A stretch of DNA of 64,000 bases from Candidatus Latescibacterota bacterium (GTDB lineage: Bacteria; Latescibacterota; UBA2968; UBA8231): positions 2,368,001 to 2,432,000 of the forward strand of contig OZ242318.1 in NCBI GenBank assembly GCA_965208105.1. The letters are read 5' to 3'. The position numbers were made by a program, and so were the translations under genes. The number at the start of each line of letters is the position of its first letter. Position 1 is the stretch's first letter. Below the pieces are notes generated by a model. The model did no database searches. It worked only from the letters and a program-made list of their open reading frames with translations, and was not told where the DNA came from. Below are positions 10,846 to 20,347 of this stretch, one piece after another.

Positions 10846-13050
10846 ATGAGAGCCGAGCCGATCTGGCATGCCGCGCAATCATCGAGGTTCATTTACGCCA
10901 GGTGCGATTTGGCGGCTCCCGCAAACTTCCGCAGCGGAATTTTGCAATGCTCCGGCAGCGGACCGTACGAGGTCTTCCTCGATGGGCGAAAGGTGATAAG
11001 AGGTTTGGGAGGGGCACTGACCCAAGTGCCGGTCTGGCAGGAATTCGAAATCGGCCCTTCCCCGCATTCTGGCAGGAGTACCCTTCTGGTCTTCGCCGGA
11101 GGCCATCCCCACGACAATCTTTCCTGGTTTGCGGCGAAAGGCGAGATAACCTGCGAAGACGGCAGCATTTTGAAGGTGAGCACGGGTCCTTCCTGGAAGG
11201 TTGTTGAAGCCCTGGCATGGCGGATCAACCCGGAGGCTCCAATTTCACCTGTCTTCTTTGCGGCTGCTGAACCCGGGGGAGAGTTGGCCGAATGGATCGA
11301 TGCCCAGATTTGGGAGGATGCAGTTGTCGTGGAAGGACTCTCGATTCAGGCGCAGTGGGGTCCGCGGCCGGTTCATGAAATCGAGGTCCGGCCAAGCGAG
11401 GTAGGGACCTTCGGCGAGACAGGCGCGGAGGGTCCTCTGCGCTTTGTCCGCGAGCCCGGAAAAATGAAATCCTGCAAGTGCGTGCATCGGGAGGGCTTGC
11501 TTTCGCCGGGAAGGAGGCAGACCCGGGTGCAGACGGGCAATCCGCAGCGGGCGGTGTACCTGCTGCTGGATTTCGGCAGGTTGGTGCACGGGTTTCCCCG
11601 CCTGCGTCTGCGCGGAACAACGGATAGCCGGATCGACCTGGGATTTTCCCGGACATGGGGAAGAATCGAGACCTCCGTACGCTATGTCTGTACTGACGAC
11701 TACCGGGAGTGGACCGGGATCTTCCCGCACACTTGCCGCTATATGGTCCTGCGCCTGAGCAATTGTCCCGAGGCGGTGGAACTGGATTGCGTATCCATGC
11801 TGGAACGCAAGGTATCGGTTCAATCCCGGGGGACATTTTCCGCCGGCCGGGCCCGGGGAATAAACTGGGAAGCCGGGCGGCGCACTCTGGATATCTGCCG
11901 GCAGGAAATCTACTCTCCGTCGCTCGGTCTGGGTTCCTACGATTGGGTTGGAGCCTATGCTTTTGCACTGAACGACTATTACCTGAGCGGCGACTGTCAC
12001 ACTGCCGCAGCTACCCTCGCAGGCGCAACTGTATCCCGTCAAGATCCCCTGCATTCCCTTGCCTACCTGCTTTTCCTGGAGACCTATTTCCACTATTCCG
12101 GCGACGTGGAACGGACCGCGGATCTGCTGCCGGGCGTACGCCAAATCCTCGCTGCCTTCGCAGAACGCGGGGATGGGAGAGGCCTGCTGCAGCTTGATGG
12201 AGAGGGCGCAGCCACGGCGGTGAACGCACTTTACGCAGGAGCATTGGCCGCCGGCAGCCGGCTGTTCCACGGCCTCGGGCGACTTGATATGGCCGCCTCC
12301 TGCAGACATGAGTACGGACGGGTGAGGAAGGCTCTGCAACAGTACTGGTCGGAAGACCAGGGTCTGTTCGTGGACGGTCCCGGAGAAGATGGGATCAGCC
12401 AGTGGACTAACGCCCTCGTGCTCTATTTCGGTCTTGCGCCGGGGCCGCAGGAGCAGCGGATCGTCCGCCGCATCAGGGCTGCGGACGTCCTCCGGGTAGA
12501 TTGTATGTCCCAGGCTTTTTTCGTTGCCGGGGGTCTATGGCAGGCTGGAGCGGGAAACAGATCGATCTCCTACATTCAACAGCAATGGGGACGGGATGGA
12601 TTGACCGGGACCCTGCGAATGGAGGAAAAGGGAAAAACCGGGGCAATCGGTCTGGCCCCGGGACCGGAGTACTTCCTTGGATCGAAGGTTCTGGGCGTGG
12701 TTCCCGGAAAGCCCGGATACGAAGTCGTCGAGGTGCGGCCACATCCAGCCGGGCTCGACGGCGCCACAGGCTGCATTTCTACCCGGCGCGGAAACGTGGA
12801 GGTGCAGTGGCAACGAACGGCCGAACCCGCCCGGTTTACCCTTGGTATCCGGCTGAGCAAGGCCGGCGAAACCCAAATTTGCGTCCCCCGCCTGGGATTG
12901 CCTTTTCCAACCTTGAGCCTCAACGGTGAAACGGTGTGGCGAAACGAAAAGATCCATCCCAACTCATTCGTACAGGAAATCAGCAGCGAGGAAGACTACG
13001 TAGCCCTGAAAGTGCGCGATGCGGGGCGCTATGAAGTAGCGGTCGAATAG
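10846..13050 (+). CDS. Alpha-L-rhamnosidase (GH78)-like protein, divergent
   Basis: LDFGRLVHGFPRL beta-sandwich, six-hairpin-like segment (YWSEDQGLF..SQWTNAL), C-terminal LGVVPGKPGYEVVEVRP...TRRGNVEVQW. Confidence 0.7.
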   Translation: MRAEPIWHAAQSSRFIYARCDLAAPANFRSGILQCSGSGPYEVFLDGRKVIRGLGGALTQVPVWQEFEIGPSPHSGRSTLLVFAGGHPHDNLSWFAAKGEITCEDGSILKVSTGPSWKVVEALAWRINPEAPISPVFFAAAEPGGELAEWIDAQIWEDAVVVEGLSIQAQWGPRPVHEIEVRPSEVGTFGETGAEGPLRFVREPGKMKSCKCVHREGLLSPGRRQTRVQTGNPQRAVYLLLDFGRLVHGFPRLRLRGTTDSRIDLGFSRTWGRIETSVRYVCTDDYREWTGIFPHTCRYMVLRLSNCPEAVELDCVSMLERKVSVQSRGTFSAGRARGINWEAGRRTLDICRQEIYSPSLGLGSYDWVGAYAFALNDYYLSGDCHTAAATLAGATVSRQDPLHSLAYLLFLETYFHYSGDVERTADLLPGVRQILAAFAERGDGRGLLQLDGEGAATAVNALYAGALAAGSRLFHGLGRLDMAASCRHEYGRVRKALQQYWSEDQGLFVDGPGEDGISQWTNALVLYFGLAPGPQEQRIVRRIRAADVLRVDCMSQAFFVAGGLWQAGAGNRSISYIQQQWGRDGLTGTLRMEEKGKTGAIGLAPGPEYFLGSKVLGVVPGKPGYEVVEVRPHPAGLDGATGCISTRRGNVEVQWQRTAEPARFTLGIRLSKAGETQICVPRLGLPFPTLSLNGETVWRNEKIHPNSFVQEISSEEDYVALKVRDAGRYEVAVE

Positions 13051-13100
13051 CTGAAGACGTTCATGCAGTCGATCCGGAGGGAGGCGAAAATTTTTTCCCC

Positions 13101-13745
13101 ATGACAGCACTGCACCACATTGTCCGGAAGCCGGCAGGAGATGCCCCGGACGGAGGATTTCCCCTGCTGGTTTTGCTCCACGGCTACGGCAGCGACGAGA
13201 GGGACTTGATGGGATTGGGCCCCTTTCTCGATCCTGGCCTGCTGATGGTCAGCGCCCGGGCGCCTCACGGCCTGGACACGGGAGGCTATGCCTGGTTTCC
13301 GATCACCATGGGAGAAGGTGGGATAGTCCTGCATTTCGAGCAGGCCTGGACATCCTGCGCACAGGTATCCGAGCTGGTTGACAGCTTGAAAGCTGACTAT
13401 CCCGTGGACCCCGGAAAGGTATTTCTGCTGGGTTTCAGCCAGGGAGCGAGCATCGGCCTGGCCGTGGTTCTGAAGTACCCCAAGCTCTGCACGGGCGTTG
13501 CTGCAATCAGCGGAGCCTGCACGGAGGAGATGCTTCCCGCCGATCATTCAACCCTGAAACATCTGCAGGTCCTGGTAGCGCACGGCCGCCTGGACCAGGT
13601 CATTCCGGTCGACCAGGGCAGGTTGTCGCACAAGTTGCTCGGTTCCCTTCCCCTGGATCTCACCTACATGGAATACGAGATGGGACACGAGATCAGCCAG
13701 GAGTGTTTGCGGGACCTTCGGAACTGGCTGGGCAGGCGGCTGTAA
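13101..13745 (+). CDS. Phospholipase/carboxylesterase (alpha/beta hydrolase)
   Basis: LLHGYGS, GFSQG nucleophile elbow, HG..D..IP and GHEI motifs. Confidence 0.9.
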   Translation: MTALHHIVRKPAGDAPDGGFPLLVLLHGYGSDERDLMGLGPFLDPGLLMVSARAPHGLDTGGYAWFPITMGEGGIVLHFEQAWTSCAQVSELVDSLKADYPVDPGKVFLLGFSQGASIGLAVVLKYPKLCTGVAAISGACTEEMLPADHSTLKHLQVLVAHGRLDQVIPVDQGRLSHKLLGSLPLDLTYMEYEMGHEISQECLRDLRNWLGRRL

Positions 13746-13811
13746 GGTGCTTCGCCCAAGTCTCCCTGGGCACCGGGGCGGCCTTCTCGGGCACCCACCT
13801 GGACGACGATC

Positions 13812-14843
13812 TCAATCGTCAATCCATCCGGCGGTTTCTCGGCCGGCGATGGTGGCCATGGCATCCAGCCAGGCCGGGTGGCTGTTCAGGCAGGGTGTCA
13901 GGTGGAATTGGCGGCCGCCGCCCCGGTGAAACTGGTCGGCCCCTTCGTTGCCGATCTCGTCCAGAGTCTCCAGGCAATCAGCGGTAAAACCGGGGCAGGT
14001 AGCCACCAGGGCGCGCATTCCCTTTCCCCCCAGTGTCAGAAGCAGGTCTTCGGTATAGGGCTGCAGCCACTGCTCTCTGCCAAAGCGCGACTGGAAACCG
14101 GTAACCCATTCTTCGGGTTTGAGCCCGAGGGCATCTGCAAGAAGACGGGCAGTGGTCTCACAGTGCCGCCGGTAGGGGTCGCCTTCGTCGACGTAGCGCT
14201 GGGGTATGCCGTGAAAGGTGATCAGAAAGCAGTCGGGAGACCGCTCCAACCGGGCGATGTTTTCCTGGATACCGACCTTCAACGCGTCAATATAGGCCGG
14301 ATGGTCGTAGTAGGGAGGTACAAAGCGCAAGGTGGGCATGAGGCGCCGGCGGTCGAAGAAGAGAGGGCATCGGCGTCCCAGGGCGGCGCGGACAACGGCG
14401 TCGTAGATCGAGCCGGTAGTGCTGGCGGAAAACTGGGGGAACATGGGAAAGACGAGAATGCGCTCGATGTTTTCCCTGGCCAGGGTCCGCATTGCCTCGG
14501 CAATGGATGGTTGGCCGTAGCGCATTCCCAGAATGACGCGGTAGGAGTTGCCGAGGCGCCGCTGCAACCCACTTTCCTGGGCGCGGGAATGGACCATGAG
14601 CGGGGAGCCCTCGGGCCGCCATATCCTCCCATAGAGCCGCGCCGAGCGGGAAGGGCGCCGGGTGAGAACGAAAAGATGGAGAATCGGAAGCCACTTCAGG
14701 GGATTGAGGTCGATGACGCGACGGTCGGAAAGAAACTGCTTCAGGTAGGGCCGCAGGGCCGCGGCTGTTGGAGCTGAGGGCGTGCCCAACTGGGCGAGGA
14801 GCACGCCGATTTTGGATGGAGGATCTGCCTTCAAGGTTTGCAT
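13812..14843 (-). CDS. hemH: Ferrochelatase
   Basis: LGTP, FLSDRRVID, MRYGQPS, PQFSASTTGS, FHGIP, FQSRFG..WLQP and FTADCLETLDEI motifs. Confidence 0.96.
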   Translation of the reverse strand: MQTLKADPPSKIGVLLAQLGTPSAPTAAALRPYLKQFLSDRRVIDLNPLKWLPILHLFVLTRRPSRSARLYGRIWRPEGSPLMVHSRAQESGLQRRLGNSYRVILGMRYGQPSIAEAMRTLARENIERILVFPMFPQFSASTTGSIYDAVVRAALGRRCPLFFDRRRLMPTLRFVPPYYDHPAYIDALKVGIQENIARLERSPDCFLITFHGIPQRYVDEGDPYRRHCETTARLLADALGLKPEEWVTGFQSRFGREQWLQPYTEDLLLTLGGKGMRALVATCPGFTADCLETLDEIGNEGADQFHRGGGRQFHLTPCLNSHPAWLDAMATIAGRETAGWIDD

Positions 14844-14921
14844 GGAGATCTTCAGCCATGAGAACCGGCGTTGGCAATCCCCTATCCGCTGTCTTTGCCT
14901 GCAGGGAATCGTTCCAGTTTC

Positions 14922-15656
14922 TCAGCGCCCCTCGAGCTTTATCCGACCCCAGCTCCTGGCCTCGACCGCGGTCAGGTCGAAATGGACCTCGAGCACCGGA
15001 CGGTTGACTTCCTCGCCGTTCTCGCGGCTGTCGAAGCGCTTGGCCGACGGGTTGGATCCCTCGACACCCAGCATCATCCAACCGAAATTGCTCGAAGGAT
15101 GATCGAGCCAGGCCTGTACATCGGACGCCATTTCCGGTGCCGCCCAGGAATATGAGCCACGACCTCCAACCTCTCTGGAAGCACTGGGAACTTCCGCGAA
15201 ATCGCCTCCCGGGATATTCCAGGTCCTGGTTGCGAAGAAGGTGTGTATCCAGGTAGCGTCGCCTTCGGTGGCGGAGGAGCCGCGGTCCTCCTGGCCTGAA
15301 GGTGCCGAAGTACCCTCGCCCCAGTCGGCCAGGACCCGGTGCAATGTCACATCCGCAGTCTGCTCTGAGCTCCCCGACATGTTGAGAGTGAGCTTGACCC
15401 TGTTGATAGTGGCGCCTTCCGGGATGTGGGCGGCGATGTCGAAGGTAATGAGAGCCCGCCTGGAGGTGCCGCTATCGCTGTTCCCCACGAAGAGATGGCT
15501 TCCGGCGCCACTGCTCAAGGTCCCTTCGTCGTGTTGGAACAGGGTGTTGTCCTTGCTCGGAAAAATGGTTACTTCCGAGGCCATGGCCACTTGAGCGGCC
15601 AGGAACACAAGTGCCAGGCCGAAAGAAGCCGTTACCCATCGTTTCGAGTCAAACAT
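14922..15656 (-). CDS. Secreted DNRLRE-domain protein with short C-terminal '[12 protein letters not shown]' tail
   Basis: Signal peptide after MFDSKRW; [15 protein letters not shown] and NFGW..FDSREN..RPVLEV motifs of the DNRLRE family. Confidence 0.75.
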   Translation of the reverse strand: MFDSKRWVTASFGLALVFLAAQVAMASEVTIFPSKDNTLFQHDEGTLSSGAGSHLFVGNSDSGTSRRALITFDIAAHIPEGATINRVKLTLNMSGSSEQTADVTLHRVLADWGEGTSAPSGQEDRGSSATEGDATWIHTFFATRTWNIPGGDFAEVPSASREVGGRGSYSWAAPEMASDVQAWLDHPSSNFGWMMLGVEGSNPSAKRFDSRENGEEVNRPVLEVHFDLTAVEARSWGRIKLEGR

Positions 15657-15910
15657 TTTTCTTTCACTCCGAATCCAGGCGATGGTTCTATACCATAAAT
15701 TATATAATTTACCCCCATGTTCACAAATTTTTTGCAACTACCGCCATTGGATTTCCTTTTCATGACCATCAGTTGCCAAAAAATCGACAGGATTGCCCCG
15801 AATCCAGGGGGCCCTCTGCCTTGTTGGCAAACTTCCGGGTGAGTATACTCAGGGAAGAGGCCAACCAGAGTTACGCAACGCTCCAAGAATCCCTTTCCCC
15901 ATCGGAAATA

Positions 15911-18160
15911 ATGGATAGGAAGCAGGAAGCAAACCCCGGACATCTGTCCGTGATTTTGAACGTCGCGGGGATGAACTGCGCCGCCTGTGCCACGAGGGTC
16001 GAGCGCGAACTCCAACAGCTGGAGGGAGTGGAAACCGCAGCGGTCAATTTTGGCACCGAGCAGGCCTCGGTCGAATACGACGGAAACCAGGTTGGGGTCC
16101 CCGATCTCCGGCGAGCGGTGGTGAACGCGGGCTACGAGGTCGCCGACGAGGACGAAGAATTGCAGGACCGCAAGCAGGCGGCGATCAAATCGCAGGGTAA
16201 AACACTGGCCGCGGTCTCGGGATTCTTCCTTCCGCTCTTCATCCTCGAGATGGGAAGCATGGCAGGACTGCCGCTGCCCCGGTTCCTGTCCTTCGAGCAC
16301 TATCCCCGCCAGGTTGGTACGATCCATCTGTTCCTCGTCCTCCCGGTGATGTGGATCGGAAGGCGCATCTACTTCGACGGAGTGCGCGCCCTCCTGCGCG
16401 GCGGACCCAACATGTTCTCCCTGATCACCATCGGTACGGCCGCGGCCTTTGTTTTCAGCCTTTACGGCCTGCTCAGCATGACCTTCGGCGAGGCCGCCAC
16501 ATTTCAAACCTACTTCCCCGCCGTTTCTACCATTCTCACCCTGGTGTTCCTGGGTCGCTACCTCGAAGCCCTTTCCAGGAACCGGGCCGGCGATGCCATG
16601 AGGTCCTTGATGGACTTGCAGCCCAGGACGGCGACCCTTCTTTCCGGCGGCCAGGAGCGCACCATTCCAGCCGGCGATATCGAAGTTGGAGACCACCTGC
16701 GCGTGCGGCCGGGAGAGAATATCCCGGTCGACGGCGAGGTCGCCGACGGTCATTCTGCCGTGGACGAGTCAATGGTCACCGGTGAATCGATGCCTGTGAC
16801 CAAGGACGAGGGAGACACCGTGGTCGGAGGCAGTATCAACGGGCGGGGCATGCTGGTGGTGCGTGCCCAACGCGTAGGCAAAGACACCGTGCTGGCGCAA
16901 ATGGCGCGAATGGTCGAGGAGGCGCAGCGCGCCAAGGCGCCCATTGCCCACCTCGCCGATGTCGTCTCCAGGTATTTCGTGCCCGCCGTTCTGGCCATCG
17001 CCCTGCTCGCCGGCGGAGCGTGGTTGCTGTTCGGGCCGGGCCTGGCCTTCGCCTTGAAAATCTTCGTGGCGGTGTTGATAATTGCCTGCCCATGTGCCCT
17101 GGGACTTGCCACTCCGGTAGCCATCATGGTGGGCACCGGGCAAGGCGCCCGCATGGGAATCCTGGTAAAAAGCGCCCAGGCCCTGGAGGCGGCTCGACAA
17201 CTTGACACGATTGTCCTGGACAAGACCGGAACGATCACCGAGGGCCGCCCGAAAGTCGTCGACCTGGTTGGCTTCGACGGATATACGGAAGAGCAGGTTC
17301 TTTGCTACGCGGGATCACTCGAGCTGGGGTCGGAGCACCCTGTCGCCGCGGCACTGGTGGAATGCGCCAGAGACAGGGGAGGGGAATTGTTGCCGGTGAA
17401 GGGCTTCGAAGCCACGCCTGGACAGGGAGCCCGCGGGCGGATAAACGGCATTGAAACTGCGGTGGGAAACGAGGTTATGATGCAGGGGATTACCACCAGC
17501 GTGGCACAGCGGCAGGAGGCCGGGGAGATGGCATCCGCAGGCAAGACCGCGGTGTGGGTTGCCATGGACGGGAGAATTGTCGGCCTGATCGGGGTGGCCG
17601 ATGCGTTGCGGGAATCCAGCGCGGAGGATATCGGCAATCTGAAAAAGCTCGGGCTGGAGATTGTAATGCTCACCGGAGACAATCGCAACTCTGCCGCAGC
17701 CATCGCTTCCCAGGTGGGAATCGAGCGGATTGAAGCCGAGGTGCTTCCCGCTGACAAGGCCGAGGTGATCCGCTCGCTTCAATCCAGGGGCCGGCGCGTG
17801 GGCATGGTCGGGGACGGGATTAACGATGCACCGGCTCTTGCCGAGGCGGATGTGGGCTTCGCCGTGGCGGCGGGGACTGATGTGGCGATTGAATCCGCGG
17901 ACATGGTGCTGATGAGGAATCGCCTGAGTTACGTGAGCCGTGCATTGATGTTGAGCCGGGCGGTGGTGCGGACCATCCGGCAAAATCTGTTCTGGGCATT
18001 TCTATACAACGCCGCAGGTATCCCCGTCGCGGCCGGTCTTCTCTATGCCCTTGGTGTGCCCGTGTTACTCAGCCCCATGCTGGCAAGCGTGGCCATGGCT
18101 TTCAGCTCGGTGTCCGTGATCGGCAACGCCTTGCGTCTGAAGCGAATCGGGCCGGATTGA
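15911..18160 (+). CDS. copA: Copper-translocating P1B-type ATPase
   Basis: N-terminal GMNCAAC HMA domain, [33 protein letters not shown] and MAFSS Cu+ signatures. Confidence 0.95.
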   Translation: MDRKQEANPGHLSVILNVAGMNCAACATRVERELQQLEGVETAAVNFGTEQASVEYDGNQVGVPDLRRAVVNAGYEVADEDEELQDRKQAAIKSQGKTLAAVSGFFLPLFILEMGSMAGLPLPRFLSFEHYPRQVGTIHLFLVLPVMWIGRRIYFDGVRALLRGGPNMFSLITIGTAAAFVFSLYGLLSMTFGEAATFQTYFPAVSTILTLVFLGRYLEALSRNRAGDAMRSLMDLQPRTATLLSGGQERTIPAGDIEVGDHLRVRPGENIPVDGEVADGHSAVDESMVTGESMPVTKDEGDTVVGGSINGRGMLVVRAQRVGKDTVLAQMARMVEEAQRAKAPIAHLADVVSRYFVPAVLAIALLAGGAWLLFGPGLAFALKIFVAVLIIACPCALGLATPVAIMVGTGQGARMGILVKSAQALEAARQLDTIVLDKTGTITEGRPKVVDLVGFDGYTEEQVLCYAGSLELGSEHPVAAALVECARDRGGELLPVKGFEATPGQGARGRINGIETAVGNEVMMQGITTSVAQRQEAGEMASAGKTAVWVAMDGRIVGLIGVADALRESSAEDIGNLKKLGLEIVMLTGDNRNSAAAIASQVGIERIEAEVLPADKAEVIRSLQSRGRRVGMVGDGINDAPALAEADVGFAVAAGTDVAIESADMVLMRNRLSYVSRALMLSRAVVRTIRQNLFWAFLYNAAGIPVAAGLLYALGVPVLLSPMLASVAMAFSSVSVIGNALRLKRIGPD

Positions 18161-18447
18161 GGTTCCCGGTCAGGGGAAACCGGTCTCCCGCGGCCGCTTC
18201 CTCGCCAGGCCGCCCGGACGCCGTCGATGCGCGCGTTCCAGTTCATCCCGTCGCAAAAATGTGCCGGCCTTCTGGCTCTTCACCCCACTATATATCCTGG
18301 GCTGCCGGGCCAGGTTGATCGCCTCGAGGATTCCCCGGACAATGGAATGACCCCGGAGGAGGCGCGGATGTCCCCTGAATTGCCCCATGGTGGACGCCAC
18401 AGCCAAATTTCCGGACCTGAAAACAGCTCACCTGGAGGAGAGTCGAA

Positions 18448-19218
18448 ATGGGTTCAATCAATCAGTCGATCTGTTTTGGCGGCTTCACTCACGGAGCCGA
18501 ATCCCCCCAAGAGATCATTGCCTGCGCGGCGAAGATCGGATACGAATCGGTGGAGATGCTCGACCGCCAGTACTGGGACCTGGTGCGCGAAAAAGGGATG
18601 CGGGTGGCGATCATCATCGGACACGCGTCGCTTCCGGACGGGCTCAACAAGCGCGAAAACCACGCCCGGATCGAAGACGAGCTGCTGGCCAACATGGACG
18701 TCGCCGTGGAGAACGACATCCCCGGCCTGATCTGCTTTTCGGGCAACCGTGAAGGCATGTCGGACGAGGAGGGACGAGATAATACAATCGAGGGCCTGTT
18801 GCGCGTGAGCAAGGCAGCCGAGGAAAAAGGCGTTACTCTCTGCATGGAGCTGCTCAACAGCAAAGTGAATCATCCAGACTACCAATGTGATCACACCGCC
18901 TGGGGCGTTGAGGTCTGCCAGGGGGTGAATTCGCCTCGAGTAAAACTGCTCTACGACATATACCACATGCAGATCATGGAGGGCGATCTTATTCGAACCA
19001 TCGAGGAAAATATCGGCTTCATCGGGCATTTTCACACCGCCGGAAATCCGGAACGGCGCGACCTCGACGGCGAGCAGGAGATCTACTACCCGGCAGTCAT
19101 GCGGGCAATCGCCAGGACCGGCTATGATCTCTTCGTAGGGCATGAGTTCCGTCCCAAAGGCGATCCCATCGCCGCAATGCAGGATGCATTCGATACCTGC
19201 AACATCACCATCGATTGA
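18448..19218 (+). CDS. Hydroxypyruvate isomerase family (AP-endonuclease-2 TIM barrel)
   Basis: ELLNSKVNHPDYQCDHT, KLLYDIYHMQIMEGD, HFHTAGNP and GHEF motifs; GGAGGAG RBS. Confidence 0.88.
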   Translation: MGSINQSICFGGFTHGAESPQEIIACAAKIGYESVEMLDRQYWDLVREKGMRVAIIIGHASLPDGLNKRENHARIEDELLANMDVAVENDIPGLICFSGNREGMSDEEGRDNTIEGLLRVSKAAEEKGVTLCMELLNSKVNHPDYQCDHTAWGVEVCQGVNSPRVKLLYDIYHMQIMEGDLIRTIEENIGFIGHFHTAGNPERRDLDGEQEIYYPAVMRAIARTGYDLFVGHEFRPKGDPIAAMQDAFDTCNITID

Positions 19219-19240
19219 GAAGGAAATCAAGGAGGGTGGA

Positions 19241-20347
19241 ATGAAGATTACAGACGTGGAGGTACAATCCTATTCATGGCCGCGGCCAAAGCCCATCAGC
19301 AACGGGAAATACACCTACAGGACCGCCGACCTGAACCTGGTTCACGTCCATACGGACGAGGGCCTCACCGGAATAGGCTGGGGAGGCGGTACGGCGGCCA
19401 CCCGCCCGGGCGGCGTGAACAGTGTTCTGGTGGAACATTTCAAGCATGCCCTGATCGGTGAAGATCCCTTCTGTTACCGGCGTCTCTGGGAAAACATGTG
19501 GCTGCCCAAGATAGTCGGCCGCAGGGGGATGACCACCCACGTAATCAGCGCCATCGATATCGCCCTGTGGGATCTGATGGGCAAGGCGGTGGGCAAATCG
19601 GTGCACAAGCTGCTGGGGGGATTCAGCGACCGCGTTCCTGCCTACATTGCGGGAGGGTACTACGAGGAAGGCAAAGGACTGAAGGAGCTGGCCCAGGAGA
19701 TGGAGGAGAATCTCGGTCTCGGAGCAAGGGCCGTGAAGATGAAGGTTGGAGGGGTGTCCATCGACCAGGATGTCGAACGGATCAAAACGGTGCGCGATAC
19801 CATCGGCCCCGGCATCAAGCTGCTGGTGGATGCCAACAATGCCTACGCCGCATACGAGGCCACGGAGCTGGCTCGCAAGATGGAGCCCTACGACATCTTC
19901 TGGTTCGAGGAACCCGTGGCACCGGACGACTACCGCGGCCACGCCCAGGTTGCAAGGTCGACCATAATTCCCATCGCCACCGGCGAGAACGAATATACCC
20001 GCTATGGTTTCCGCGACCTGATCGAACACGAGTCTGCCGCAATCATCAACGCCGACGCTCAGATCCTCGGAGGGATCACCGAGTTCATGCACGTCGCTTC
20101 CCTGGCTGCCGCTCACGACCTGCGCGTTGCCCCGCACGGGGACCAGGAGGTACATATCCACTTGGTCGCCGCCATTGCCAACGGCTTGATCCTGGAGTTC
20201 TACCGGGAGAGCGTGGACCCGCTCCGGGGACGTATCTTTCGAGAGCCCCTGACCCTCGACAAAGATGGCTGCGTGAAGGTTCCCGACCGCCCAGGTCTGG
20301 GAATGGAGCCGGACTACGAGCTGATCAAAAGCTACCGCGTGGGATGA
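19241..20347 (+). CDS. Mandelate racemase/muconate lactonizing enzyme family protein
   Basis: SAIDIALWDL.GK, KMK, DANN, EEP, GENEY and PH motifs. Confidence 0.92.
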   Translation: MKITDVEVQSYSWPRPKPISNGKYTYRTADLNLVHVHTDEGLTGIGWGGGTAATRPGGVNSVLVEHFKHALIGEDPFCYRRLWENMWLPKIVGRRGMTTHVISAIDIALWDLMGKAVGKSVHKLLGGFSDRVPAYIAGGYYEEGKGLKELAQEMEENLGLGARAVKMKVGGVSIDQDVERIKTVRDTIGPGIKLLVDANNAYAAYEATELARKMEPYDIFWFEEPVAPDDYRGHAQVARSTIIPIATGENEYTRYGFRDLIEHESAAIINADAQILGGITEFMHVASLAAAHDLRVAPHGDQEVHIHLVAAIANGLILEFYRESVDPLRGRIFREPLTLDKDGCVKVPDRPGLGMEPDYELIKSYRVG

